Shown in pieces: positions 42,588 to 53,396 of a stretch of DNA of 64,000 nucleotides. Positions within the stretch are counted from its first letter, which is position 1; each line of letters starts with the position of its first letter. Location of the stretch: the IMG/VR virus record IMGVR_UViG_3300030060_007423, positions 32,001 to 96,000 of that record; one strand, given 5' to 3'. The notes below the pieces were generated by a model that did not search any database, was not told where the DNA came from, and was given only the letters and a program-made list of their open reading frames with translations. A program made the position numbers and the translations under genes. Source of the stretch: a virus.

Positions 42588-43862
42588 ATGAAACCATTAT
42601 TAGTTATGAGTGCACCTGTTGCAACACGTTCAGGTTACGGAGACCACTCAAGAGATTTATTAAGAAGTTTGATAGCGATGGACAAGTATGATATAAAAGT
42701 ACTTAGTCAAAGATGGGGTTCATGCCCTATGAATGCTCTTGGAAAGGAAGACCAAGATATTATTAATGTTCTGCATTTTGGTAATTTACCAAAACAACCA
42801 GATATATGGATTCAAGTAACAGTTCCAAATGAATTCCAACCTGTAGGTAAATACAATATTGGAATAACTGCAGGAATTGAAACAACACATGTATCACACC
42901 CGTGGGTTGAAGGAATGAATAGAATGAATGTAGTTATAGTAACATCTGAACATTCAAAACAGTCATTCATAAATTCAGTATATGACAAAATAAATAACCA
43001 AACAAAACAAAAAGAAGGTGAATTTAGAGTTACAACACCAATGGAAGTTTTATTTGAAGGTGTTGATACCAAAATTTGGAAAAAGACAAGTGAAATTTCA
43101 AAAACAGTAGTTGATGAATTATCAAGTATTAAAGAAAGTTTTTGTTTTCTTTTTGTTGGACACTGGCTTCATGGAAATTTTGGTCATGATAGAAAAGATG
43201 TAGGCGGAATGTTAAAAACATTTTTTGAAACATTTAAGAGAAAAAAGAATAAACCTGCATTAATACTTAAATCAAGTCAAGCAACATTTAGTGTAATGGA
43301 TAGGGAAGCTATGCTCAAAAGAATTAGGGACATTGCACGACAATGCGGTGAAGATTTACCAAATGTTTATTTATTGCATGGTGACTTGGAACCTGAAGAA
43401 ATGAATAGTCTATATAATCACCCTAAAGTAAAAGCTATGATTAGTTTTACACATGGTGAAGGTTATGGAAGACCACTTGCAGAATTTTGTGTTACACAGA
43501 AACCAGTAATTGCATCAAACTGGTCAGGTCAAGTCGATTTCTTAAAGCATTCAATATTACTACCAGGTGAATTACAAGAAGTACACCCTTCAGCACAATG
43601 GGAAAATGTTGTAATAGACAAATCACAATGGTTCTATGTAAACCACTTATATGCATCAAGAGTACTAAAAGACGTACACAAGAAATATAAAAAATATATT
43701 CCAGATGCAAGAAAACAAGCAAGATTAATTAGAGAGGATATGAATCTTGATAAAATGACAGAAAGATTCACAGAAATAATGGAAAAGCACGTAAAGGTAC
43801 CAGAACAAGTGGCATTGAATATGCCTAAAATTACATTACCTAAATTGGAGAAAATATCATGA
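42588..43862 (+). CDS. GT4-family glycosyltransferase
   Basis: SGYG, FLFVG, RK, GEGYGRPLAE....KPVIASNWSG..DFL. Confidence 0.9.
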   Translation: MKPLLVMSAPVATRSGYGDHSRDLLRSLIAMDKYDIKVLSQRWGSCPMNALGKEDQDIINVLHFGNLPKQPDIWIQVTVPNEFQPVGKYNIGITAGIETTHVSHPWVEGMNRMNVVIVTSEHSKQSFINSVYDKINNQTKQKEGEFRVTTPMEVLFEGVDTKIWKKTSEISKTVVDELSSIKESFCFLFVGHWLHGNFGHDRKDVGGMLKTFFETFKRKKNKPALILKSSQATFSVMDREAMLKRIRDIARQCGEDLPNVYLLHGDLEPEEMNSLYNHPKVKAMISFTHGEGYGRPLAEFCVTQKPVIASNWSGQVDFLKHSILLPGELQEVHPSAQWENVVIDKSQWFYVNHLYASRVLKDVHKKYKKYIPDARKQARLIREDMNLDKMTERFTEIMEKHVKVPEQVALNMPKITLPKLEKIS

Positions 43863-44314
43863 GTACAGACTTAAAAGAAAAAAGTCCATTTACGAATAGA
43901 GTAGCAGTTATAGTTGAAAAAGACGAAAAAGCTGGAATATCTAAAATGTGTATGGACACAGGATATAATACAAATAGTAATTTAACAATTGGAAATGACC
44001 AAGTAAAAGAGTTTGAAGCCCGTTCACCTAAAATAATTCTTGAAACTAGATATGAAGATAAACTTTTAGGACAGTATTGGTATTTAACAACAATTGTTAT
44101 GGAACACGGAATGCTTTATCCAGAAGGTACAAAGGAAAATTATGAATGGATTTATGCACCAGTTGTTCAGATACCAAAAGAAGAACAAATTAAATACCCT
44201 ATACCTGGAAGAGATGGTGAATACTATCAAACTAGACTTGGCGTTGACATTGCTGAAAGATTTCCACGTGATAAGTTTATGGATTGTTGTAAAAGATTAG
44301 GTGTAGCTCAATAA
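43859..44314 (+). CDS. Hypothetical protein
   Basis: 151 aa, coupled ORF. Confidence 0.7.
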   Translation: MSTDLKEKSPFTNRVAVIVEKDEKAGISKMCMDTGYNTNSNLTIGNDQVKEFEARSPKIILETRYEDKLLGQYWYLTTIVMEHGMLYPEGTKENYEWIYAPVVQIPKEEQIKYPIPGRDGEYYQTRLGVDIAERFPRDKFMDCCKRLGVAQ

Positions 44315-44850
44315 TGTCATACTTTGCACAACACTTAGGTAAATGTGGGACTGCCCAACAAATTTCAATTGCACAATTGGAACCTGGAATGATAATCTCA
44401 GCTGTTTATAAAAAACAAGCAAGAGGTAAAGAAAAGGGTGGTGCAAAAAAATACATATTGTTGGTTTTGAATCCAAATTACTTAAGAGTGATGCATGCAC
44501 TAACACTTGACTTAATTCCACTTAATGCTTTTAATTTATTTGCTGGTGGTGTAGGAATTGAATATTCTGAAAAGTTTAAGTCAAAAAAAGTTAAATTGAG
44601 AAAAATGATTGTTGGACAAAATCCTAAACAATTCTATTCATCAGCAATAAAAAAGATTGCAAAAACAAGGTTAGGTGATAGTTATAGAACTCTTAATATT
44701 CAAAACTTTAATTCTATTAGAGTTGTAAACTATGAATTTAGTAAAAATATTTTAGATGCATATATGCCTGGTGATTCAGATACATCTGTTGGTGTACAAC
44801 CACCTGGTGAAAACCTAGACGAGCTCAATATAAAGGGAGATAAAGAATGA
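44314..44850 (+). CDS. Hypothetical protein (weak resemblance to T4 gp2 DNA end protector)
   Basis: 178 aa, basic; LVLNP..MHAL.LD.IP...SYRTL. The family call is weak. Confidence 0.55.
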   Translation: MSYFAQHLGKCGTAQQISIAQLEPGMIISAVYKKQARGKEKGGAKKYILLVLNPNYLRVMHALTLDLIPLNAFNLFAGGVGIEYSEKFKSKKVKLRKMIVGQNPKQFYSSAIKKIAKTRLGDSYRTLNIQNFNSIRVVNYEFSKNILDAYMPGDSDTSVGVQPPGENLDELNIKGDKE

Positions 44851-45476
44851 AAATTAGTTATGCAATAACCGTGTGCAATGAACACAAAGAAATAGAGAAA
44901 TTATTAACATTTCTATTTGAACATAAGAGAGAACAAGACCAGGTTGTAGTACAAATGGATTCAAAAAATTCAACTGAAGAAGTTTGGAATGTTTGTGAAA
45001 AATTTGAAAATAGACAACATCATCATTATAGATTGATTCAATGTGAATTAAATAAAAACTTTGCTGCATATAAAAACAATCTAAATAAACAATGTGATGG
45101 AAATTGGATATTTCAAATTGATGCAGATGAAATACCAAATGAATATTTAATAGAGGCACTTCCATTTATATTAGAAGCAAACGAAGATACTGAAGCTTTT
45201 TGGGTGCCAAGAGTAAATACAGTAGCAGGAATTACAGATGCTCACATTGCCAAATGGGGTTGGAAATTAAATGAAGATGGTTGGGTAAACTTTCCAGATT
45301 GGCAAATGAGAATCTATCAAAATAAAGAAGAAATATATTGGATAAAACCAGTACACGAACAATTAAAAGGTTATACTAAATTCGCAAATCTTCCAGCAGA
45401 AGAAAAATTCTGTTTATATCATCCAAAAAATATTGGAAGACAAGAAAAGCAAAATGCCTTTTATGAAACAATTTAA
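44847..45476 (+). CDS. GT2-family glycosyltransferase
   Basis: ISYAITVCNE, NFAAYKN, WIFQIDADE, PDWQMR, VHE. Confidence 0.9.
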   Translation: MKISYAITVCNEHKEIEKLLTFLFEHKREQDQVVVQMDSKNSTEEVWNVCEKFENRQHHHYRLIQCELNKNFAAYKNNLNKQCDGNWIFQIDADEIPNEYLIEALPFILEANEDTEAFWVPRVNTVAGITDAHIAKWGWKLNEDGWVNFPDWQMRIYQNKEEIYWIKPVHEQLKGYTKFANLPAEEKFCLYHPKNIGRQEKQNAFYETI

Positions 45477-45487
45477 GGAAAACATTT

Positions 45488-46129
45488 ATGGCACTTTGGT
45501 TTGTACAAAATAAGGTTGTATATTTAGCACCACAAAAAACAGCAACAACATCAATTGAAAAATATTTAAGCGATGAATTGGGTTATAGTCCGCTTGGTCA
45601 CAGACACACAATACTTACTGATGATGAAATAAAATATATGAAAGATAATAAGTTCTTTTCATTTGGTTTTGTTAGAAACCCATGGGATAGAATTGTTAGT
45701 ATGTATAAGTGGGAAGAGCAAGTAAAGAATGAACCAGCAATGAAATCAGGTGCACTACCATTTGAAAAATATTGTGAATATATTTATAAAGCATATCATG
45801 GAATTGAGAGTTTTGACCTAATAGAAGGATTTGTTTGTAATTCAATATATAGGCATATGCACCATGAAAAAGAAAAGGGTCATTTTATATCACACTACAA
45901 TAAAATGTATCGTAATGGTGAACAGATTTTTGACTTTATTGGAAAATATGAAAATCTTGCAGAGGACATGCAAATCGTATGTGATCAAATTGGAATAATA
46001 AACAAACCCTTACCAATGATTAACAAAACAAATCATGCTAGTTATAGGGAATATTATTCAGATGAAAGTAGACAAAGAATTGCTGAAGTATATCTTGAAG
46101 ATATAGATGCATTTGGTTATGAGTTTTAG
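45488..46129 (+). CDS. Sulfotransferase (Sulfotransfer_2 family)
   Basis: PQKTATTS (5'-PSB), FVRNPWDRIVSMY (3'-PB), DFIGKYENL.ED, DIDAFGYEF. Confidence 0.9.
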   Translation: MALWFVQNKVVYLAPQKTATTSIEKYLSDELGYSPLGHRHTILTDDEIKYMKDNKFFSFGFVRNPWDRIVSMYKWEEQVKNEPAMKSGALPFEKYCEYIYKAYHGIESFDLIEGFVCNSIYRHMHHEKEKGHFISHYNKMYRNGEQIFDFIGKYENLAEDMQIVCDQIGIINKPLPMINKTNHASYREYYSDESRQRIAEVYLEDIDAFGYEF

Positions 46130-46131
46130 AA

Positions 46132-47016
46132 ATGGCAAACAAAATACAGATAGTCTTACACTCTCTTCCTAGGGAGATAGATGAAGTAAAGAGAATAGTT
46201 GACCAATTGGCTAGGTCACAATTTTACATTGGGGATACCAATAATGTAATACTTGACTTTACTCTAAATATATCTGATAAGTTAACAGATTGGGAAAATT
46301 CAAAAATACCAAAAGAATATTTTATAGATAAATTTACTTACATTGAGTCACTTTCACCATTTGTAAATAGATTTGATGTTAGTACTACATGTTTAGGTTG
46401 TAATGATAAAAGAAGAAATGCAATTAATTCAGATACAGATGCAACACATATTTTATATTTAGATACTGATGTATACTTTTCTGATTACAATCTTACAATG
46501 ATGTTTGATGCAATAAGCCAAATAAAAAATAAGTATCATATTATATCATCAGAAATTTTACAACTATGGGATTCTAGTTGGGATGTTATTTCAAATGAAA
46601 GAACACGAAATACAGACAGAAGTAAAAAGCTCTGGCATACAAACCCATATAGGGTTTTTGATAGGCGGGAACCGTGTATACCTAAATTAAGACAGATACA
46701 AACAGTTAAGTTTGGTGGTGGATGGTTTAATTTGTTTAACATTGAATTGTTAAAATTTATTACAATTCCAGACTCACTAGGACCTTATGGATTAGATGAT
46801 ACATTTATTGCAGAGGCATCAATGCATATGTTAAGAAAGGGTTATGATATACGACAATATGTTTTATCAGATATGATTGTTATTGAAGATAGAATGTTTA
46901 GGGATTACCCATATGATAATTATGTAAAAACAAAAAGTGACATGAAAGATTTTTGGAGAAAAGAGTCACATAAAAATTATTCTTTAGAAATGGAAAAATT
47001 TCTAAAAAGGATATGA
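46132..47016 (+). CDS. GT-A fold glycosyltransferase-like protein
   Basis: HILYLDTDV (DxD), KFGGGWF, YGLDD. Confidence 0.7.
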   Translation: MANKIQIVLHSLPREIDEVKRIVDQLARSQFYIGDTNNVILDFTLNISDKLTDWENSKIPKEYFIDKFTYIESLSPFVNRFDVSTTCLGCNDKRRNAINSDTDATHILYLDTDVYFSDYNLTMMFDAISQIKNKYHIISSEILQLWDSSWDVISNERTRNTDRSKKLWHTNPYRVFDRREPCIPKLRQIQTVKFGGGWFNLFNIELLKFITIPDSLGPYGLDDTFIAEASMHMLRKGYDIRQYVLSDMIVIEDRMFRDYPYDNYVKTKSDMKDFWRKESHKNYSLEMEKFLKRI

Positions 47017-47052
47017 TAAAATTTTTATTATTCAAGAAAAATTGTTATATTA
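47016..47052 (+). promoter_or_regulatory. Class-1 promoter motif
   Basis: ATAAAATTTTTATTATTCAAGAAAAATTGTTATATTA. Confidence 0.7.
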
Positions 47053-47082
47053 TATAAAATAAAATTAAAAGGAAGAAAAGTT

Positions 47083-48051
47083 ATGATGAATATTGAAAAC
47101 ATAGGACATAGGTTTACAGAAATTATCAGTACACCTGAATGGAATGATTTACAAGTAAAGTATAATGAGTGCGATGACATTTATGTATTAGGTCATGGTG
47201 GTAATATGGGAGTAGCTGACCACACGGCAGTTGATATGACAAGACTTTCTAATGGTACAAAAAATGCAATGTGCCCTGGAAGTTGTGTAGTTGCAACATC
47301 ATTGATAAATGATACAAGTTTTGATTTATGGATGGTTGCTTGGTTAAAGCAAAGAACTTCAACAAGAACAAAATCACAAATGAAGAAATCATTGGTTTAT
47401 GGAATCTCTTCTTCTGGTAAATCAATTGATGTACTAAAGGCATTACAGTGGGCATCAGATAATGGAATGAAAACATGTTTAGTTACAGCTAATCCAATAG
47501 CTGGTCAAATTAAAGGTCTTACACAAGTAGTATTAGGTGTAGATTATTACCACACAGCAGAATGTTTAAGCTTATTATTACAATATCAACTTACACATGG
47601 TTCTGGAAAAGAATGTCCTCCTATTGGAAAAAATACACCAGCTGAACTTGATAAATTAAATTGGCAAGGTGATAAAATTAGAAAGCATAGTTTTCCAGAT
47701 GAAACAAGAAACATAGGTGTAGACTTTGATGGAGTAATTCATAAAAACAGTAAAGGCTTTTATGATGGAACAGTTTATGATGAACCTATTGAAGGCTCAT
47801 ATGAAGCTCTTGAAAAATTATCAAAAAAGTATGATGTAATAATTTATACAGCAAAGGCAAAACCAGATAGAGGGCTAATAAACGGAAAAACTGGAATTCA
47901 ATTAGTATGGGATTGGCTTAGAGAAAAAGACATGGCAAAATTTGTAACTAAAGTAACATCAGAAAAACCAAGAGCAGTTGCATACATTGATGATAAAGGT
48001 ATAACATTTAAGAATTGGAAACAAACACTTGGGGAAGTAGATGCACTCTAA
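47083..48051 (+). CDS. SIS-domain sugar-phosphate isomerase (GmhA-like) fused to a HAD phosphatase
   Basis: YVLGHGGN...A.H, LIND, GISSSGKS; then GVDFDGVIH, IYTA, KPRAVAYIDDK. Confidence 0.85.
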   Translation: MMNIENIGHRFTEIISTPEWNDLQVKYNECDDIYVLGHGGNMGVADHTAVDMTRLSNGTKNAMCPGSCVVATSLINDTSFDLWMVAWLKQRTSTRTKSQMKKSLVYGISSSGKSIDVLKALQWASDNGMKTCLVTANPIAGQIKGLTQVVLGVDYYHTAECLSLLLQYQLTHGSGKECPPIGKNTPAELDKLNWQGDKIRKHSFPDETRNIGVDFDGVIHKNSKGFYDGTVYDEPIEGSYEALEKLSKKYDVIIYTAKAKPDRGLINGKTGIQLVWDWLREKDMAKFVTKVTSEKPRAVAYIDDKGITFKNWKQTLGEVDAL

Positions 48052-48841
48052 AACTAAACAATTAAAAAAGAATATTGGTAAGCATGAGCTTATACCTCTT
48101 AGACTTCGTGAAATGAAAGATTTCTATAAAGATGACACAGCATATATTGTTACTTGTGGTCCATCATTAAATGATATTTCAAAAAAAGAGCTAAAGGAAA
48201 AACTAAAAGATAAGTTAGTGATTGCCAATAAACAAGCATATAATAGTTTAGGAAAAGTTGCAGATTTCCATATTCTCAATATTATAAACTATCAGCCATA
48301 TACTTATGAAAGTGATGAAACTATAAATATATGGGAAGTTTTTGAGCAATTTCATCCACAATTAATATTGGAAAATAAATGGCCATGCCACTTAATGCTT
48401 CCAGTTGTTGGTAATCATATTCCAAACCCTGAAAGAATGGACCAGTCACAAGCTGGTAAATTGAGTTTTGATGATTGGACATTGGACAAAACAATATATA
48501 GACAATTTGGTCCAGGAATGATGTATGAAATAATTTTTCATTTAGCAGTATATTTAGGTGTTAAGAAAATTGTTGTAGTTGGTTGGGATATTGGAGATTT
48601 AAGCCCATATTCTGGTGATGACCCAAATGAAGTTATATTTCACGACCATTGTTATTCAACTGATGAAAATAAATATGGTGAAATAACTGAAGCAAAATGT
48701 GGAATGACATACCGTGAAATGCAAGTTGTTATAGATTCAACAAAATTCTTAAAGGAATGGCTAAACTCTAAAGGAATTGAGTTAGAAATAGTTTCTGATA
48801 AGAGTTCTGCCCACAAATCAATAAAGAGAGTAAAGTTATGA
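48041..48841 (+). CDS. DUF115/MptE-like (Maf-related) putative sugar transferase
   Basis: AYIVTCGPSL, IANK.A, LAVYLGVKKIVVVGWD, H.Y. Confidence 0.7.
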   Translation: MHSKTKQLKKNIGKHELIPLRLREMKDFYKDDTAYIVTCGPSLNDISKKELKEKLKDKLVIANKQAYNSLGKVADFHILNIINYQPYTYESDETINIWEVFEQFHPQLILENKWPCHLMLPVVGNHIPNPERMDQSQAGKLSFDDWTLDKTIYRQFGPGMMYEIIFHLAVYLGVKKIVVVGWDIGDLSPYSGDDPNEVIFHDHCYSTDENKYGEITEAKCGMTYREMQVVIDSTKFLKEWLNSKGIELEIVSDKSSAHKSIKRVKL

Positions 48842-49260
48842 AATCAGACAGTGATGTAAAAAATGTATTAACAGATGATGGACTTCCAGAGGAATCATTA
48901 AAAACATTTCATTCATATGAAAATAATACCACTGTAAATATTGATGATTTAAGAAAAGAATTAGGAATGGGTAGCTGGGCTGTAAGAATTGCATATAATG
49001 ATAGGTTTGGTGGAGTTGTAATACAGCAACAAAGTGGAGAAGGAAATAGGAAACATTATCATCCACATGCAGATGAAAACTGGGTGATAATAGATGGAGA
49101 ATGGGAATGGTGGATTGATGGGCAAGGAACAAAGACAGTAAAGAAAAATGATATTATTGTTGTACCTGTAAATACTTGGCATCATATTAAATGTGTAAAA
49201 GGTCCAGGTATAAGGTATGCAATAACACAACCAGATGTAGAGCATGTATATGAAAAATAA
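48838..49260 (+). CDS. Cupin domain protein
   Basis: HYHPHADENW.IIDGE...VPVNTWH. Confidence 0.88.
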   Translation: MKSDSDVKNVLTDDGLPEESLKTFHSYENNTTVNIDDLRKELGMGSWAVRIAYNDRFGGVVIQQQSGEGNRKHYHPHADENWVIIDGEWEWWIDGQGTKTVKKNDIIVVPVNTWHHIKCVKGPGIRYAITQPDVEHVYEK

Positions 49261-49906
49261 GACAGTAGTTGTTGTTGGCGGAAGTACAGGTATTGGAAAG
49301 GGAATTGTTGATTCTTTCAAAAATCTTGGTGCTAGGGTTGAATCTATAAGTAGGTCAAATTGTGATATAACTAAAAAAGAAGATATTGATTTCTATTTTT
49401 CAGATATACATGAGGTAGACATACTTATTAACAATGCAGCCATCAATTACTGTAAACCTATTGAAGATATACATTTAGATGAGTGGAAAAGTGTAATAGA
49501 CACAAACCTTACATCATATTTCTATATAATTAAAAAGTGCATTCCATTAATGAAAAGAGGAAGTAAAATAGTAAATGTATCATCAATAGCTGGGAGAAAC
49601 AAGAGCTTGGTAAGTGGTGTACATTATACTTCATCAAAGGCAGGTATTATTGGTTTAACAAGACAGCTTTCACAAGAACTAGGACCAAGAGGTATAAACA
49701 TCAATTGTGTATGCCCAAGCCAAACATTAACACCAATGTTGGAAAGGTCAATGTCCTTAGAAGAATTGGCAAATTTAGAAAGTAAGATTCCATTAAGACG
49801 TGTTGCTGAAGTTGATGAAGTTGTGAAGCCTATATTATTTTTATGCTCTGAAGATGCGTCATATATTCATGGTGCATGTATAGATATAAACGGAGGACAA
49901 TTATGA
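49250..49906 (+). CDS. Short-chain dehydrogenase/reductase
   Basis: GGSTGIG, NNAA, NVSS, YTSSK. Confidence 0.93.
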   Translation: MKNKTVVVVGGSTGIGKGIVDSFKNLGARVESISRSNCDITKKEDIDFYFSDIHEVDILINNAAINYCKPIEDIHLDEWKSVIDTNLTSYFYIIKKCIPLMKRGSKIVNVSSIAGRNKSLVSGVHYTSSKAGIIGLTRQLSQELGPRGININCVCPSQTLTPMLERSMSLEELANLESKIPLRRVAEVDEVVKPILFLCSEDASYIHGACIDINGGQL

Positions 49907-50634
49907 AAGTAGCGGTTATTATACCAGCAAGATATAAATCAGGAAGATTTCCTGGAAAACCATTGGAAGATATTTTAGGTAAGCCAATGGTTATAAGAGT
50001 TGCAGAAATAGCAGAAAAAGCTGTTGGTAAACAAAATGTTTATGTTGCAACTGATGATTTAAGAATTAAAAATGTTGTTGACGATAGTGGTTATAATGTT
50101 ATTATGACATCTCCTAAACATCCATGTTGTACAGATAGAGTTGCTGAAGCAGCTTATCATTTAGATGCTGATATAATTGTAAATTTACAAGGAGATGAAC
50201 CAATGTTAAATCCTAATGAGATAACTTTGGCAATAAATGCAAAACAACAATACCCTGGGTATGTAATAAATTGTGCAGCAGATTTGCAAGATTTTGAAAA
50301 ACCTGAAAATAGAAACATCATAAAAATGGCAATGGGACTAACCGATAATCTTGTATGTGCATCAAGAAATCCCATACCAGTTGAAAAGTCAGGAAATGCT
50401 CCAATTTGTAAAAAACAAGTATGTATTTATGTTTATAACAAGGAAGAGTTAAAATTGTTTTTAGACCAGGGAACTACTCCTTTAGAAGGTGTAGAAGAAG
50501 TTGATATATTAAGATTTTTAGAAATGGGTGTACCCGTAAAAATAATAAATGTATCTGGAGACTCACATGCAGTTGATGTTCCAGGTGATATTGAAATAGT
50601 TGAAAAACTTTTGAAGGAGAGAGATAATGCATAA
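49903..50634 (+). CDS. kdsB: 3-deoxy-manno-octulosonate cytidylyltransferase
   Basis: IIPARY.SGRFPGKPL, VATDD, TDRVAE, NLQGDEP, LE..E..D.LR.LE, VDVP.D; GGAGG SD before ATG 49903. Confidence 0.9.
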   Translation: MKVAVIIPARYKSGRFPGKPLEDILGKPMVIRVAEIAEKAVGKQNVYVATDDLRIKNVVDDSGYNVIMTSPKHPCCTDRVAEAAYHLDADIIVNLQGDEPMLNPNEITLAINAKQQYPGYVINCAADLQDFEKPENRNIIKMAMGLTDNLVCASRNPIPVEKSGNAPICKKQVCIYVYNKEELKLFLDQGTTPLEGVEEVDILRFLEMGVPVKIINVSGDSHAVDVPGDIEIVEKLLKERDNA

Positions 50635-51499
50635 GATAACACATTGTATATCGTCATTTAACAATTTGAATTATTTGAAATTGGCTGTAAAGTCAGTTCG
50701 TGAAAATTCATATTATAAAGATTCCCCACTAATTATTCATGCTGAAAATTGCCAAGATGGTACCAATGAATGGCTAGCTGAGAATAGTGAAAAGTGGAAT
50801 TTTGAATATTATGTTGAACAAAATGAAAATCCAATTGGTATTGGTGGTGGAATGAACTTTTGTGCATCAAAGGTAAAAACCGAATTCATTAACTTTTTGC
50901 ATGCTGATTTTTATGTATCAAAAAACTGGGATATTGAATTATTAAATAAATTTGAACAATACCCAGATGACAAATTAATGGTGTTTAGCCAAAGAATACA
51001 ACCAGATATTTTTAATGATAGTGAAAGACCTGGAACTATTTTTGTACCACTAAATGAATTTGGAGAGTATCATCATAATTTTGATGAAAAACATTTTTTA
51101 ACATGGGCAGAAGATTTTACATCAATAAATGATTGGGAAATTGTAAAAACTGAAGGTGTTAGTGGAATGGTAAGAAAACGTGATTGGGATTACATTGGTG
51201 GAAATGATGATAGGTTTGCACCAGCATATTGGGAAGATGCAGACTTATTTATTAGAATGATGAATGAAGGTTATAGATTTGTCTTAACATCAAAATCGTT
51301 AGTTTATCATTTTGCATCAAGAGCATCAAGGTTTCCAGATGATAACTTAAAATCAAGACCAGTTAATTTGGCACAAATAGAACAAAGAAGTTTACAAAGG
51401 TTTGTTGAAAAGTATGGAAAAACACCAGACCTAGATAATAATCAACACTATATAGCAATGCAACCAATAGATGGTTCAAAGAATAGGATAAATCAATGA
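50627..51499 (+). CDS. GT2-family glycosyltransferase
   Basis: SFNNLNYL, DGT.EWL, FLHAD, IGG.DDRF...WED.D, VYHF. Confidence 0.9.
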   Translation: MHKITHCISSFNNLNYLKLAVKSVRENSYYKDSPLIIHAENCQDGTNEWLAENSEKWNFEYYVEQNENPIGIGGGMNFCASKVKTEFINFLHADFYVSKNWDIELLNKFEQYPDDKLMVFSQRIQPDIFNDSERPGTIFVPLNEFGEYHHNFDEKHFLTWAEDFTSINDWEIVKTEGVSGMVRKRDWDYIGGNDDRFAPAYWEDADLFIRMMNEGYRFVLTSKSLVYHFASRASRFPDDNLKSRPVNLAQIEQRSLQRFVEKYGKTPDLDNNQHYIAMQPIDGSKNRINQ

Positions 51500-52464
51500 A
51501 AAAAACAGCATTAATTACAGGTATTAGTGGAATGGATGGAAGCCATTTGGCAGATTTTTTATTGTCAAAGAATTATGTAGTATATGGCATGGAGAGACGT
51601 TCATCCCATATAAATAATATCAACACATCTCACTTGGACGGAAAAATAACAATATTAACAGGTGATATGACAGACCAAAACTCACTAACAAGATGTCTTA
51701 AGGAATCAAATCCAGATGAAGTTTATAATCTTGCAGCACAATCATTTGTTGGTGAAAGTTGGAATACTCCTGAACAAACAAGCAATGTAACTGGTTTAGG
51801 TGTATTGAGAGTATTGGAGGCAATAAGAGAGTTTAATCCAAAAATTAGATTTTACCAAGCAAGTAGTTCTGAAATGTTTGGAAGAATGGTTGAAAATCCT
51901 GCAAAAGAAACAACTCCGTTTTATCCAAGAAGTCCTTATGGTGTATCAAAGTTATATGGCCATTGGATAACTAAAAACTATAGAGAGTCATATGATATGT
52001 ATGCATGTAGTGGAATACTTTTTAATCATGAAAGTGAAAGAAGAGGTATTGAATTTGTAACAAGAAAAATTTCAGACGGTGTTGCAAAAATACATTTAGG
52101 TTTAGCCAATGATATTACTTTAGGTAATTTAGATGCAGAAAGAGATTGGGGTTATGCACCTGATTATGTTGAAGCAATGTGGCTAATGTTACAACAGGAA
52201 ACTCCAGATGATTATGTTATTGCAACAGGTGAAAAACATTCAATTAAGGATTTTTTAGATGCTGCATTTAATCACGTTGGAATCAGAAAGTGGAAAACAT
52301 ATGTTAAACAAGACCCAAGATTTATGAGACCAGCTGAAGTTGATGTGTTAAGAGGTGATTATAGTAAAGCAAAGAAAGACTTAGGATGGTCACCAAAAAC
52401 TAATTTTGCAGAGTTAGTTGCAAAAATGGTTGATAATGATATAGAATTAAATCGTACAATTTAG
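51496..52464 (+). CDS. gmd: GDP-mannose 4,6-dehydratase
   Basis: ALITGISGMDGS.LA, YNLAAQSFV, YQASSSE, PRSPYGVSK, LFNHES.RRG.EFVTRK, RDWG.A.DYV, RPAEV. Confidence 0.96.
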   Translation: MKKTALITGISGMDGSHLADFLLSKNYVVYGMERRSSHINNINTSHLDGKITILTGDMTDQNSLTRCLKESNPDEVYNLAAQSFVGESWNTPEQTSNVTGLGVLRVLEAIREFNPKIRFYQASSSEMFGRMVENPAKETTPFYPRSPYGVSKLYGHWITKNYRESYDMYACSGILFNHESERRGIEFVTRKISDGVAKIHLGLANDITLGNLDAERDWGYAPDYVEAMWLMLQQETPDDYVIATGEKHSIKDFLDAAFNHVGIRKWKTYVKQDPRFMRPAEVDVLRGDYSKAKKDLGWSPKTNFAELVAKMVDNDIELNRTI

Positions 52465-52475
52465 AGGAAATTAAT

Positions 52476-53396
52476 ATGAAAAGAAAATTAAGATTTGTAG
52501 TTTGTGGTTGGTGGTTTGATGAATTTGATAATAAAAAAGGCCAAACGAGTTTTATTGAAGAACTAAAGGAATTTAATGACAAAAATGATTTTGTTGATGT
52601 ATTTTGGACATGTCATAAAACTCCACCAAAATTGATTAAAGATAATTTCAATTGGAAAGAATTTACTAATTTAGGATTGGAGTGGGGAGCTTACGACCAA
52701 GGGTGGAGACATATACAAGCTAATGATGGATTAGAGTCTTTTTCACCAGATGATATTATATTTTTTATGCAAGATGATATATTAATTCATGATTGGTCTT
52801 TTGTAAAAAAATGTATTGATTTAATTGAGTCAGGTGCAAAGGTTATAGGTAATGGTGCAAATTATCCATTATATTTTAATCCTCTTGATATACCACCAAT
52901 TAGTAAAAATTGGATCAATCCAACAAAGAGATGGGTTGATTATATACGTGAAGAAAATCATGATTTAATTGCTGGACCTTTACAGTCAATTTCTGTAAGA
53001 GGAAGCTTTGTTTGTTTAACACATGAATCAATGAGTACAATAGGTGGATTTGATTATGTAGACACACCACTACCAAACCATGCGTTAAGAACAGTACCAA
53101 AAGGTGCACCAGATGCTCATAAACATAATATCATGGTGTATGATAAAACTAAGGTACCTCAAGGAATTAATGTATTAGAAAAGCTTCAACTCACAAATGG
53201 CTTTGGAAATACCACAATGTATCTTAATGCATATAAATTTACAAAAATGCTTGGTGCACATACATTTAAGTATTTATCAGATACATACAGAAAATCGCCA
53301 TATATGACAGAATGTGGAAATGGAATGGTTGAATTACCACAGGAAGGTGGAAGAACTATTAGAATTCCAGTTAATGAAAGTTTTATAGCACGATAA
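52476..53396 (+). CDS. Putative GT-A-like protein
   Basis: NLGLEWGAY, FFMQDD, VRGSF, IGGF. Confidence 0.55.
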   Translation: MKRKLRFVVCGWWFDEFDNKKGQTSFIEELKEFNDKNDFVDVFWTCHKTPPKLIKDNFNWKEFTNLGLEWGAYDQGWRHIQANDGLESFSPDDIIFFMQDDILIHDWSFVKKCIDLIESGAKVIGNGANYPLYFNPLDIPPISKNWINPTKRWVDYIREENHDLIAGPLQSISVRGSFVCLTHESMSTIGGFDYVDTPLPNHALRTVPKGAPDAHKHNIMVYDKTKVPQGINVLEKLQLTNGFGNTTMYLNAYKFTKMLGAHTFKYLSDTYRKSPYMTECGNGMVELPQEGGRTIRIPVNESFIAR

